In this document: in pieces, positions 17,709 to 27,256 of the stretch | Layout of the letters: every line of letters starts with the position of its first letter | How positions within the stretch are numbered: the stretch's first letter is position 1 | Sequence record: DRR378314_35 | DNA length: 41,928 bases | Direction: 5' to 3' (one strand) | Notes under the pieces: model-generated | The model's database searches: none | What the model was told of the DNA's origin: nothing | Seen by the model: the letters and a program-made list of their open reading frames with translations, nothing else | Translations under genes and position numbers: made by a program

Positions 17709-19979
17709 TTGAAAATAATTTGTAGGCATATCGTCTTTTTGTTGCTTGGTTTTATAAGCATCTGTTCTTTTGGGCAAACAGCTTCCTTAAACGGGAAGGT
17801 TACGGACAATGGAGAACCATTGCCGCTGGCAAATATGCAGCTCAAAGGAACAGAAATGGGAGCCGCCACGGATATTGATGGTTTATTTGAGTTGAACAAC
17901 ATTCAGCCAGGCGACTATGTAGTATTGGTGACTTCTTTGGGGTATCAACCGTATCAAACCAAAATCAATATTGAGGCGGGAGCCAATAAAACCATCAATG
18001 TACAACTAGAGCCGTCCGCACAAAGTTTGGATGAAACCGTGGTCACGGGCACCCTAAAACCCGTGAGCCGATTGGAAAGTCCGGTTCCCGTGGAAGTCTA
18101 CTCCCCCACTTTTCTAAAAAAGAATCCTACGGCGAGTGTTTTTGATGCGCTCCAGAATGTGAACGGGGTGCGTCCGCAAATCAATTGCAATGTGTGCAAC
18201 ACGGGAGATATTCACATCAACGGATTAGAGGGACCATATACTTTGGTTCTTATCGACGGGATGCCGATTGTTAGTGGTTTGGGTACAGTCTATGGCCTCA
18301 CAGGGATTCCTAACTCTCTGATCGAACAGATTGAAATTGTAAAAGGTCCTGCATCCTCACTTTATGGTAGTGAAGCTGTGGGCGGTTTGATCAATATCAT
18401 TACCAAAAATGCTTTGAGCGCTCCCGAATTTTTTGCCGATGGCTTTGCCACGGGTTGGGGCGAGTACAATTTGGATGTGGGAAGCAAAATTTCGGTTGGA
18501 GACAAAACAAACCTGCTTTTGGGACTCAACTACTTTAATTATGACGTTCCCATAGACAATAATGACGACAATTTTACCGATTTGACGCTACAAGATCGTA
18601 TATCCATTTTTCAAAAGTGGGATTTTGAGCGAAGTAATAACCGTTTGTTCTCTTTGGCTGGACGCTTTTTTTATGAGGACCGTTGGGGTGGCGAAATGCA
18701 ATGGACACCGGAGTTTCGTGGTGGCGATGAAATTTATGGCGAAAGCATCTATACCCGAAGATGGGAAGTGCTCGGAAAATATCAGTTACCGTTTGAAGAA
18801 AAATTGCTCCTATCTTTTTCTTATAACGACCACAACCAAAACTCGGTATATGGTGACACCGAATATTTGGCCGACCAGCGTATTGGCTTTGCGCAATTGA
18901 CATGGGACAAAACCGCGGGCAATCACGATTTGCTGTTCGGGAGTGCGGTTCGTTATAATTATTATGACGACAACACCCCTGCGACCACTGAGGCCGATAA
19001 TATTTGGATTCCGAGCTTTTTTGCCCAGGATGAATACAAATTTGCCGCCAAACACTCCTTTTTGGCCGGGCTTCGGTATGATTACGATCAACGACACGGC
19101 AATATTTTAACTCCCCGGGCCGCTTACAAATGGAAGGTTTCCAAAAACGATATTTTTCGGGTGAACGCTGGAACGGGATTTCGCGTAGTCAATTTGTTTA
19201 CCGAAGATCACGCTGCCCTCACAGGTGCAAGGGATGTTGTGATTGCCGAAGAGCTGAAACCCGAACGGTCAGTTAATGTCAATATCAACTATTTGAAGAA
19301 GATTTATAGTGATAATGGCACCTTTATCGGACTCGATGCTTCGGCGTTCTACACTAGATTTTCCAACGTAATCTTGCCTGATTACGAAACCAATCCCAAC
19401 CAAATCATTTATGATAATCTGGATGGAAAATCAGTTTCGCAAGGGCTTAGTGCCAATTTGGATGTTGCTTTTCCCAGCAGTTTCAAGATTATGGTGGGCG
19501 CCACTTGGCAAGATGTGAGCAGCACTGAAAATGGGGTGACCCAGCAGCAAATCCTTACCGAAAGCATTACCGCTACGTGGAATTTGTCGTACACCTTTCA
19601 CTCGTTAAAATTGACAGCGGACTACACGGGAAATTTATATGGCCCTATGCGATTGCCGCTTTTAGGCGAACTGGACCCAAGACGGGAATATTCCCCTACG
19701 TGGAGTATTCAGAACATCCAGTTTACCTACAAAGGACTGAACAATTTTGAAGTGTACGGAGGAATCAAAAACCTGTTGGATTGGACGCCGAACCGGGGCA
19801 ATCCTTTTATCATCGCCAGAGCCAACGACCCTTTTGACAAAGACGTAACCTTTGACAGTTCTGGTAATGCCGTGGCTACACCGAACAATCCCTACGCCCT
19901 TACTTTTGACCCCGCCTACGTGTATGGGCCCAACCAAGGCATTCGAGGGTTCTTTGGGTTGCGGTATACGGTTTTTTAA
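17709..19979 (+). CDS. TonB-dependent receptor (probable metal uptake) with N-terminal CarboxypepD_reg-like domain
   Basis: Signal SFG|Q; LDETVVTG TonB-box-like; plug IEQIEIVKGPASSLYGSEAVGGLINIIT; CNVC motif; C-terminal Phe. Confidence 0.92.
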   Translation: MKIICRHIVFLLLGFISICSFGQTASLNGKVTDNGEPLPLANMQLKGTEMGAATDIDGLFELNNIQPGDYVVLVTSLGYQPYQTKINIEAGANKTINVQLEPSAQSLDETVVTGTLKPVSRLESPVPVEVYSPTFLKKNPTASVFDALQNVNGVRPQINCNVCNTGDIHINGLEGPYTLVLIDGMPIVSGLGTVYGLTGIPNSLIEQIEIVKGPASSLYGSEAVGGLINIITKNALSAPEFFADGFATGWGEYNLDVGSKISVGDKTNLLLGLNYFNYDVPIDNNDDNFTDLTLQDRISIFQKWDFERSNNRLFSLAGRFFYEDRWGGEMQWTPEFRGGDEIYGESIYTRRWEVLGKYQLPFEEKLLLSFSYNDHNQNSVYGDTEYLADQRIGFAQLTWDKTAGNHDLLFGSAVRYNYYDDNTPATTEADNIWIPSFFAQDEYKFAAKHSFLAGLRYDYDQRHGNILTPRAAYKWKVSKNDIFRVNAGTGFRVVNLFTEDHAALTGARDVVIAEELKPERSVNVNINYLKKIYSDNGTFIGLDASAFYTRFSNVILPDYETNPNQIIYDNLDGKSVSQGLSANLDVAFPSSFKIMVGATWQDVSSTENGVTQQQILTESITATWNLSYTFHSLKLTADYTGNLYGPMRLPLLGELDPRREYSPTWSIQNIQFTYKGLNNFEVYGGIKNLLDWTPNRGNPFIIARANDPFDKDVTFDSSGNAVATPNNPYALTFDPAYVYGPNQGIRGFFGLRYTVF

Positions 19980-20038
19980 GATGAGGAAAGTTGGTTATCT
20001 TGGGAAGATATAGTCTATTCTTTCCCATACATGATCAA

Positions 20039-20569
20039 ATGAATATTAGAGATTCGCTTAATTTCCACACTTATATTGAACATTCAAACAGTTTATTGAT
20101 TGCAGCTGATTGTAATTTGGAATTACTAAAAGAATCTTTCAATAGTAATCCCTATAGCAGATTAAAATCTTTAGGCCTATTCAGGTCTACAAAACTACTT
20201 TATGCAGTTAGTCTAGAACTAATTCTTAAAGCAAGAGGACTTTATGAAGAAAGGAATAATATAATGAGTGGGGAAATATCATCTTTTAATGGTTTTCTAA
20301 ATAAATGGAAAGGAAAAACCAACGGCCACGATTTTGTCAAAATCATTGAAACTTATAAAATTGAAATCAATGAAGATGATAAAAGGATGCTCAATGAAAT
20401 GTCAGAATTTACTAATTGGGCTGGCAGGTTTCCTTACCCAAAGAAAGAATCAATAGTTATTGAAATGGAAAAAAAAGGTCGGGATTTAGGCTCTATTGGC
20501 TTGAGATATAAGATGTGGGCGAATGAATTCCATAAACGACAGGTTAATATAATGGCAACTAATCTTTAG
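20039..20569 (+). CDS. Orphan HEPN-like domain protein (AT-rich)
   Basis: ATG 20039; LLYAVSLELILKA...GHDFVKI...WAGRFP resembles HEPN E.xLKA / HDL / RYP; sampled lines are ~27-30% GC vs ~43% in the flanking gene. Confidence 0.6.
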   Translation: MNIRDSLNFHTYIEHSNSLLIAADCNLELLKESFNSNPYSRLKSLGLFRSTKLLYAVSLELILKARGLYEERNNIMSGEISSFNGFLNKWKGKTNGHDFVKIIETYKIEINEDDKRMLNEMSEFTNWAGRFPYPKKESIVIEMEKKGRDLGSIGLRYKMWANEFHKRQVNIMATNL

Positions 20570-20612
20570 TCATACTTCAAAGTATCAAGTACCATACCCT
20601 ATCTTTGAAACC

Positions 20613-21755
20613 ATGCCCAACTACGATTACATCATTATAGGAGCAGGTGCCGCCGGCCTTTTGTTGGCGGATGCCTTGGGCAAGGATGAGTTCTTTGCTT
20701 CCAAATCCATTTTGGTAATTGACAAGAACGACAAGTCCAAAAATGACCGTACTTGGTGTTTTTGGGAACAGGGCCAAGGCCCGTTTGATGATTTGATCCA
20801 TAAAACTTGGGACAGCATTTATGTGGGCGGACAGCAACTTGAAAAATCCACCTCCATTGCACCCTACACCTACAAAATGCTCCGTGGTATTGACTTCTAC
20901 AACCACTTTTTACCAAAGGTAAAAGCCTATCCCAACATTACTTGGATTCAGGAAGAGGTTACCAATATTAAAGAGACTGAAAACCAAGTTTTAGTGACCA
21001 CTTCATCTCAAAAATTTATCGGACAAACGGTATTTTCTAGTCTATATAATGCTTCTATCCCTTTAAAGCAAAAGGATTTTCCCGTTTTACAACAGCATTT
21101 TGTAGGATGGCAAATAAAAACCGAACAGTCGGTATTTAAAAAAGAGGAGGCGACCTTTATGGACTTCTCCGTACCTCAAAAGGGTAATACATGCTTTATG
21201 TACGTACTTCCCCTTTCGGATACCGAAGCTTTGGTGGAATACACCTTGTTTTCGGAACATCTTTTGGAGAAAAGCGAATACGAAGAAGCCATCAAAACGT
21301 ACATCAAAGAGAAGTACCAGGATACCAAATACACCATTGAGGAAACGGAGTTTGGCAGTATTCCCATGACCTGCTATCCGTTTCATCAACACAATACAAA
21401 TCGTGTTTTTCATATTGGGATTGCTGGTGGATGGGCCAAACCAAGTACAGGTTATACTTTTTACAATACAAGTCAACAAGTGCCTAAGTTGGTGAGTCAC
21501 CTAAAAGCGGGAAAACCATTATCCGAGTTTCACCAAAGAAGCAGGTTTATGTTTTACGATATGCTTTTGCTGGACATTTTATATGAGAGCAATCATCTAG
21601 GACACGAAATCTTCGAGTCGATGTTCAAAAGAAGAAAGGCTTCCTTGATTTTGAAATTCCTAGAAAACGAAACCAATTTGTGGGAAGAATTAAAAATAGT
21701 GACAGCTCCCAAACCCATGCCGTTCATTAAAGCTTTGTTCAATCGGCTGTTCTAA
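20613..21755 (+). CDS. Lycopene cyclase family FAD-dependent protein (CrtY-like)
   Basis: GAGAAG dinucleotide motif; DRTWCFW, QHFVGW, FMDF, FMYVLP, KPSTGYTF. Confidence 0.85.
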   Translation: MPNYDYIIIGAGAAGLLLADALGKDEFFASKSILVIDKNDKSKNDRTWCFWEQGQGPFDDLIHKTWDSIYVGGQQLEKSTSIAPYTYKMLRGIDFYNHFLPKVKAYPNITWIQEEVTNIKETENQVLVTTSSQKFIGQTVFSSLYNASIPLKQKDFPVLQQHFVGWQIKTEQSVFKKEEATFMDFSVPQKGNTCFMYVLPLSDTEALVEYTLFSEHLLEKSEYEEAIKTYIKEKYQDTKYTIEETEFGSIPMTCYPFHQHNTNRVFHIGIAGGWAKPSTGYTFYNTSQQVPKLVSHLKAGKPLSEFHQRSRFMFYDMLLLDILYESNHLGHEIFESMFKRRKASLILKFLENETNLWEELKIVTAPKPMPFIKALFNRLF

Positions 21756-22735
21756 ACCGTCCGCTCCATCAAACTTTTACCAAACTGTTGTAGCAATTCC
21801 TTGTTTTTTTCGGGAAGACCAGTTTCAGCCAGTGCATCAAACGCTTTTTGAGTGAAGTTATGGATTGCTTTTTTGGTTTCCTCCACTGCCCCGCTTTCCT
21901 TAAAAATGGTTTTCACTGCCTCCACTTTGGCCGTAGAATCTTCTGGTTTAATAGAATACAGTTGCAATAAACCATCTTGATCATCTTTGGAAGCTTTTTC
22001 CAAGGATTTTAAGTACAAATACGTCTTTTTGTTCTCCATAATGTCTCCTCCAACCTGTTTACCAAAAGTTTTGGGGTCGCCAAAGGCGTCCAAATAATCA
22101 TCTTGCAACTGAAAGGCAATCCCGAGGTTACGTCCAAACTCGTAAATAGCGTCAGCATCCTTTTTAGAAGCCTTGGCCACAATGGCCCCCATCTTAATGG
22201 CGGCGGCAACCAAAACCGAGGTCTTGTATTCGATCATTTTAAGATATTCGGGAATGGTAACATCGTCACGGGTCTCAAAATCGACATCGTACTGTTGGCC
22301 TTCGCACACCTCAAGTGCCGTTTTACTGAACAACTTGGTCAGCTCAAAATAGGTCTCCGCAGGGTAATTTTCAAAAAATTGATAGGACAAAATCAACATG
22401 GCATCTCCTGAAAGGATTCCCGTATTTACATCCCACTTTTCGTGTACTGTGCCTTTTCCGCGCCGCAAAGGTGCATCGTCCATAATATCATCATGCACCA
22501 ACGAAAAATTGTGAAACATTTCCACGGCCAAAGCAGCATCCATGGCGTTTTCGATTTTTCCGCCAAAGGCTTCTGCGGTCATCAAAGTGAGTATGGGTCG
22601 CATCCGTTTGCCTCCTAATCCCAAAATATATTGAACGGGTTCGTAGAGGTTGTTGGGTTCTCCCAATTGGGTTCTTGCTTTTAGATACGTAACAAACTGC
22701 TCCCTATATTGACTAATGGTATCGATATCTGACAT
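21752..22735 (-). CDS. Polyprenyl (geranylgeranyl/farnesyl) diphosphate synthase
   Basis: Start reassigned to ATG 22735; GGKRMRP, HDDIMD..RRG, GQQYD, KT, FQLQDDYLD. Confidence 0.93.
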   Translation of the reverse strand: MSDIDTISQYREQFVTYLKARTQLGEPNNLYEPVQYILGLGGKRMRPILTLMTAEAFGGKIENAMDAALAVEMFHNFSLVHDDIMDDAPLRRGKGTVHEKWDVNTGILSGDAMLILSYQFFENYPAETYFELTKLFSKTALEVCEGQQYDVDFETRDDVTIPEYLKMIEYKTSVLVAAAIKMGAIVAKASKKDADAIYEFGRNLGIAFQLQDDYLDAFGDPKTFGKQVGGDIMENKKTYLYLKSLEKASKDDQDGLLQLYSIKPEDSTAKVEAVKTIFKESGAVEETKKAIHNFTQKAFDALAETGLPEKNKELLQQFGKSLMERTV

Positions 22736-22851
22736 GGGACCAAAAATACGTGCAAATATTGAATTTGAATAGAAGGCTCCGTCTGAAAACTTGGATACTT
22801 TGTATCCAAACCCTAAAAACTGCACTGTTTTTGAAAAAAATTCAGAAAAAC

Positions 22852-22877
22852 TGCAATAGAATGATTTTTCTTCGTCT
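22852..22877 (+). promoter_or_regulatory. Putative ECF autoregulatory promoter
   Basis: TGCAAT-N15-CGTCT ending 31 nt upstream of the ECF start codon. Confidence 0.55.
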
Positions 22878-22908
22878 CTATAAGTGAAAAGCAACCTTAT
22901 CCTGTTGA

Positions 22909-23457
22909 ATGGCAGCCAAAACCGATAACCGAAATAACCTGACCGACTTCTTTAATGAGGAGTATGGCTCATTGCGCTCCTATGTGCAGTCGAAAATCAG
23001 GGACACATCGGAACGGGATGCCGAGGATATTGTGCAGGATGTTGCTTTGCGAATGTTTTCAAGAGCGGATGATGCTTTACCCATAACCAATGTCGGTGGG
23101 TTTGTGTACAATGCCGTTCGCAATCGAATTATTGACATTATGCGGGGCAAGAAAGAAAGAAAACTCCCGAGCGAGGATATTGACCACCAATGGCGGGAGT
23201 TTGCTGAATTCTTTTATGGCGATGCGGACAACAGTTATTCACCAGAGCTGGAGCAAGCCCTAAAAAAGGCAGTGGAAAATCTTAAACCGGCCTATAGCGA
23301 TATCATAATCGCCATAGATTTTGAAGGATATAACTATAAACAGATAGCAGAAAGAACCGGAATACCAGCAGGTACGTTGATGTCCAGGAGGCACCGTGCC
23401 ATGTCGGAACTATCAAAAAAATTAGAAAATATAAAAGAGATGAGTTATGGAACATAA
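22909..23457 (+). CDS. ECF RNA polymerase sigma-70 factor
   Basis: DAEDIVQDV, VRNRIID, YKQIAERTGIPAGTLMSRRHRA. Confidence 0.9.
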   Translation: MAAKTDNRNNLTDFFNEEYGSLRSYVQSKIRDTSERDAEDIVQDVALRMFSRADDALPITNVGGFVYNAVRNRIIDIMRGKKERKLPSEDIDHQWREFAEFFYGDADNSYSPELEQALKKAVENLKPAYSDIIIAIDFEGYNYKQIAERTGIPAGTLMSRRHRAMSELSKKLENIKEMSYGT

Positions 23458-23884
23458 AAAAGAATTTGGGAAAGCCGTGGAAAAAAAAGTGGAGAGCACT
23501 GTAAAAAAAGTGGTTAAAATTACCGCTATGGTCATACTGGGAATCCTAGTCTTTCTATTGGCCAATTATTTATTGATGCGGTTATGGAACTGGCTCATGC
23601 CGGACCTTTTTGGCGTGGGAACGGTAACTTACTGGCAAGCCTTGGGCATTTTTGTTCTAGCAAAGCTGTTGTTCGGCTTTGGAGGCGGAGGTGGTGGAAA
23701 AAGCAAGGGCAGTTCCAGTCACAAAAAGAAGGTTAAATCGTCCAACAAGTGTTCGCCGTGGAGAAGGGATTTTGATGAGTGGAAACACTACGATCAATTT
23801 TGGAAAGAGGAAGGTGAGGAAGCCTTTAAAACATATGTGGAAAAAATCAAAAACGAAAATCATGATAAATCAGAAGAAAAATAG
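23447..23884 (+). CDS. Membrane protein coupled to ECF gene, candidate anti-sigma factor
   Basis: Overlaps the sigma stop; two TM segments around LWNWLMPDLFG / TYWQALG; Gly run; charged tail. Confidence 0.72.
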   Translation: MEHKKEFGKAVEKKVESTVKKVVKITAMVILGILVFLLANYLLMRLWNWLMPDLFGVGTVTYWQALGIFVLAKLLFGFGGGGGGKSKGSSSHKKKVKSSNKCSPWRRDFDEWKHYDQFWKEEGEEAFKTYVEKIKNENHDKSEEK

Positions 23885-24011
23885 AACAAAAAAGAAGTAT
23901 TCGCTCAAGTTCAGCCCTTTTTTTTGGCAGTTGGGAAACATTGATTCCGATAACTCCAGCAAAGATTTACAACTTCGGCCTGTTTTTGTGGACGGTAAAA
24001 AATCTATTTGA
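23862..24011 (+). CDS. Possible 49-aa small protein
   Basis: ATG 23862: MINQKKNRTKKKYSLKFSPFFWQLGNIDSDNSSKDLQLRPVFVDGKKSI*; overlaps the upstream gene end and fills the gap. Confidence 0.3.
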   Translation: MINQKKNRTKKKYSLKFSPFFWQLGNIDSDNSSKDLQLRPVFVDGKKSI

Positions 24012-24051
24012 CACAAAAAATCAATCCTTCGTTAAGAAATTGTAAAACCAC

Positions 24052-24092
24052 GGAAACTTTTTTTGTTTTTAAAGTTTCCATACTTACATTTG
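24052..24092 (+). promoter_or_regulatory. TetR operator overlapping a Bacteroidota sigma70 promoter
   Basis: Perfect 9-bp inverted repeat GGAAACTTT-N10-AAAGTTTCC (24052-24079) enclosing TTTG (24062-24065), then N19 to TACATTTG (24085-24092). Confidence 0.8.
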
Positions 24093-24102
24093 CTCCCTGA
24101 TT

Positions 24103-24708
24103 ATGAGGGAAAATATTATAAACAAAGCAACAGAAATGTTCTTAAACCTAGGGTTTAAAAGCATTACCATGGATGATTTAGCAAACGAACTAGGGATATC
24201 CAAAAAAACAATTTACTCACATTTTAGGAACAAAACGGACTTAGTGCAACAAACGGCAATGACAATGTCCGATTTTATTACCTGTGGCATAGACGATATT
24301 GTAGCATTACAAAAAAACCCTATTGAGGAGCTTTATGAGATCAAAAGATTTATAATGGTCCATTTAAAGGATGAAAAGTCGTCCCCACTTTACCAATTGC
24401 AAAAATATTATCCAAAAATCTATGCTTCTCTTAAAGATGTACAGTTTGAATGTACCCACAGATGCGTGGCCAAAAATGTAAAAAGAGGAATGGATTTGGG
24501 GATTTACCGCGATAACCTCAATGTGGAGTTTGTTTCCAGAATATACTTTACCGGGATTACCAGCATAAAGGACAATACTATGTTTCCTACGGAAATATTC
24601 AGCAAGCCCGAGCTTTTGGATTTTTACCTGGAATATCACCTAAGAGGCATCGTGACACCGAAAGGAAGAAAAATACTCAATTCAATCATCAATTCAAATC
24701 AAGAATAA
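24103..24708 (+). CDS. TetR/AcrR family transcriptional regulator
   Basis: HTH GFKSITMDDLANELGISKKTIYSHF. Confidence 0.93.
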   Translation: MRENIINKATEMFLNLGFKSITMDDLANELGISKKTIYSHFRNKTDLVQQTAMTMSDFITCGIDDIVALQKNPIEELYEIKRFIMVHLKDEKSSPLYQLQKYYPKIYASLKDVQFECTHRCVAKNVKRGMDLGIYRDNLNVEFVSRIYFTGITSIKDNTMFPTEIFSKPELLDFYLEYHLRGIVTPKGRKILNSIINSNQE

Positions 24709-26040
24709 ATGCGAAAAACGTTAATCAGTCTACTACTCATACTGCCTTGGTTGGCATCGGCACAAGACACCATACCCAGTTTTAGCTTGAACGAGGCCAT
24801 TACCTATGCTCTTGAACATAATTATAGCGCACTAAACGCAGACAGGGATATTTTGGATGCCGAAAAGCAAAAATGGGAGACCATTGCCACCGGACTACCT
24901 CAAATCAATGGCGGTGTTAGTTACCAAAATCAATTAAAACAACCTGTTTCCCAGATACCGGCCGATTTTTTTGGAGGCGAAAACGGGGATTTTGTTGAAG
25001 TGGTTTTTGGCCAGCCACAATCCATGACGGCCACCGCCACATTGACCCAACAGATTTTTGATGGATCCTACATCGTAGGCGTTCAAGCCACCAAAACATT
25101 TTTGGAGTACAGTCAAAACAATAAGGAAAAAACCGAATTGGACGTTCGTAAATCCGTTGTTGAGGCTTATGGCAATGTACTCTTGGCACAACAAAGTGTT
25201 TTAATATCCGAAAGGAACAAAGCTACATTGGAAGAGAACCTTTATGAAACCAAACTAACCTATGAAAACGGTTTAGGGGATGAAGAAAGTGTAGATCAAT
25301 TGCAAATTACACTCTCCTCGGTCGACAACTATCTCAAAAATGCGCGTCGCATGGAAGAAATTACGCTCCAAATGTTGAATCTGGTTTTAGGACTTCCCAT
25401 AGAAACGCCAACGGTATTAACCGAAAATTTGGATGACCTTACCCAAGAAAAAATAGACTTGGGCTTATTGGACGAAGAGTTCAATATTGAGAAAAACGTG
25501 GACTATAAAATGGCCGTCAACCTCAATGAGCAACGTTTCCTTGAGTTAAAATTGGCCAAAAGCCGTGCCCTGCCCACTTTGAACGCTTTTGTAAATTATG
25601 GGGGGAACTCCTTCAGCGATCGTTTCAACTTTTTGAGCAGCGGCCAGCAGTGGTTTGGCTCCTCCATTTTAGGTGTTGACCTTAATATACCCATTTTTAG
25701 TTCTTTGGGAAGGAGTGCAAGCACCCAACGTGCCAAAATTGCCTTGGAAAAAGCAAAGACCCAGTTTACCGAAACCCAAGCCCAGCTTCGTCTTCAATGG
25801 AAAAGAGCAAAGAGCGACTACACACTTGCCATCGAGGAGTACAGTACATCCAAGGATAATCTTGAACTGGCAGAGCGCATTGAAAAAAAGAATCAAATTA
25901 AATATTCCGAAGGTTTGGCCACAAGCTTTGAATTAAGACAGGCCCAAACCCAATTATATACCACTCAGCAAGAATATTTACAATCCATGGTCGATGTAAT
26001 CAATAGAAAAACCGAACTGGAAAATATTTTAAATCAATAA
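24709..26040 (+). CDS. TolC family outer membrane efflux protein
   Basis: Signal ASA|Q; LPQING/LPTLNA, YENG/YSEGLATSFE OEP repeats. Confidence 0.92.
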   Translation: MRKTLISLLLILPWLASAQDTIPSFSLNEAITYALEHNYSALNADRDILDAEKQKWETIATGLPQINGGVSYQNQLKQPVSQIPADFFGGENGDFVEVVFGQPQSMTATATLTQQIFDGSYIVGVQATKTFLEYSQNNKEKTELDVRKSVVEAYGNVLLAQQSVLISERNKATLEENLYETKLTYENGLGDEESVDQLQITLSSVDNYLKNARRMEEITLQMLNLVLGLPIETPTVLTENLDDLTQEKIDLGLLDEEFNIEKNVDYKMAVNLNEQRFLELKLAKSRALPTLNAFVNYGGNSFSDRFNFLSSGQQWFGSSILGVDLNIPIFSSLGRSASTQRAKIALEKAKTQFTETQAQLRLQWKRAKSDYTLAIEEYSTSKDNLELAERIEKKNQIKYSEGLATSFELRQAQTQLYTTQQEYLQSMVDVINRKTELENILNQ

Positions 26041-26062
26041 CAAAAGAGAAAACCATTCCATC

Positions 26063-27247
26063 ATGAAAAAAACTATATATATAATACTTACGGCTGCCGT
26101 TTTAGCGGCCTGTGGAGGCAGTGGCAACAACTCCTTGGAAGAAGTAATTGCAAGCAAGGACGTTGAGGCCATTAGGACAAAACGTAACGCCGTTACCCAA
26201 GAACTAAAAACGCTGGAAGAGCAAGTCAAAAAATTGGACGAGGCCATCTTGGAACTGGACGATAACTCCAAATTGCCTTTGGTTTCCACATTGACTGTGC
26301 AACTTAAGGAATTCCAACATTATTTGGAATTACAAGGTGACGTTGTTACCGACCAAAACGTGCTGGTGTATCCGGAAATGTCAGGTACATTGTACCGTGT
26401 TTACGTGAAAGAAGGTCAGCGAGTGTCCAAAGGTCAGCTGTTGGCCTCCATTGATGATGGTGGACTTTCCAGTCAGTTGGCACAATTAAAAACACAAGCG
26501 GAACTGGCCAAGACAACTTTTGAGCGTCAAAAAAGGCTTTGGGAACAAAATATTGGTTCAGAAATACAATATCTACAGGCCAAAACGCAATTTGAGGCAC
26601 AACAAAGTGCCGTAAAGCAATTGGAGAGCCAAGTTGGAAAATCGTCAATCCGTGCGCCTTTTTCCGGCATTGTGGACAATGTGATCAAAGATGAAGGAAC
26701 CGTGGTCAGTCCAGGTCCAGGATCCGAAGTGTTCCGAATTGTGAACCTTTCCGATATGTACATCGATGTAGAAGTGCCTGAATCCCACTTGCCCAATGTG
26801 ACCCCTGGCAAAGAGGTGGAAGCTTACTTCCCTGTATTGGGTGAAACCATCAAGACAAAAGTGCGCCAAACCGGAAACTTTATCAACCCCAGCAATCGCT
26901 CCTTTATAGCAGAGGTGCCCGTTCCCAACAAGAATGGACATATAAAACCAAACCTTACCGCTCAGGTAAAAATCAACGATTATACAAATAAAAATGCCAT
27001 TCTTATCCCACAAAGCGTTGTTTCGGAAAACGCAGAGGGCGAACAATATGTATACATTATCGACGATCAAGATGGAGAATTGATCGCAAAAAAATCCATT
27101 ATAAAACCTGGCTTGACACAAGGCGATTATTTAGAAGTCCTTGAAGGAATTTCAGCCGGGAGTCAAGTTATAGTTGAGGGAGCCCGAAGCATTAGGGACG
27201 GCCAAACCGTTAAGGTGTTGGACTCAACCACAACCGCTAAAAACTAA
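26063..27247 (+). CDS. Efflux RND periplasmic adaptor subunit
   Basis: Lipobox LAAC; VKEGQRVSKGQLL; IRAPFSGIV. Confidence 0.92.
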   Translation: MKKTIYIILTAAVLAACGGSGNNSLEEVIASKDVEAIRTKRNAVTQELKTLEEQVKKLDEAILELDDNSKLPLVSTLTVQLKEFQHYLELQGDVVTDQNVLVYPEMSGTLYRVYVKEGQRVSKGQLLASIDDGGLSSQLAQLKTQAELAKTTFERQKRLWEQNIGSEIQYLQAKTQFEAQQSAVKQLESQVGKSSIRAPFSGIVDNVIKDEGTVVSPGPGSEVFRIVNLSDMYIDVEVPESHLPNVTPGKEVEAYFPVLGETIKTKVRQTGNFINPSNRSFIAEVPVPNKNGHIKPNLTAQVKINDYTNKNAILIPQSVVSENAEGEQYVYIIDDQDGELIAKKSIIKPGLTQGDYLEVLEGISAGSQVIVEGARSIRDGQTVKVLDSTTTAKN

Positions 27248-27256
27248 CCGAGCCAA

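Noticed and set aside
22736-22894. N-terminal extensions in the ORF track (also 1354, 2989, 17668, 19991, 36222)
   Set aside because: They run through promoter or repeat DNA or upstream genes; downstream starts fit family N-termini and -7 elements better.
24031-24047. Weak 11-bp-period TTAC/TAAC pair upstream of tetR
   Set aside because: Too degenerate to distinguish from AT-rich background.
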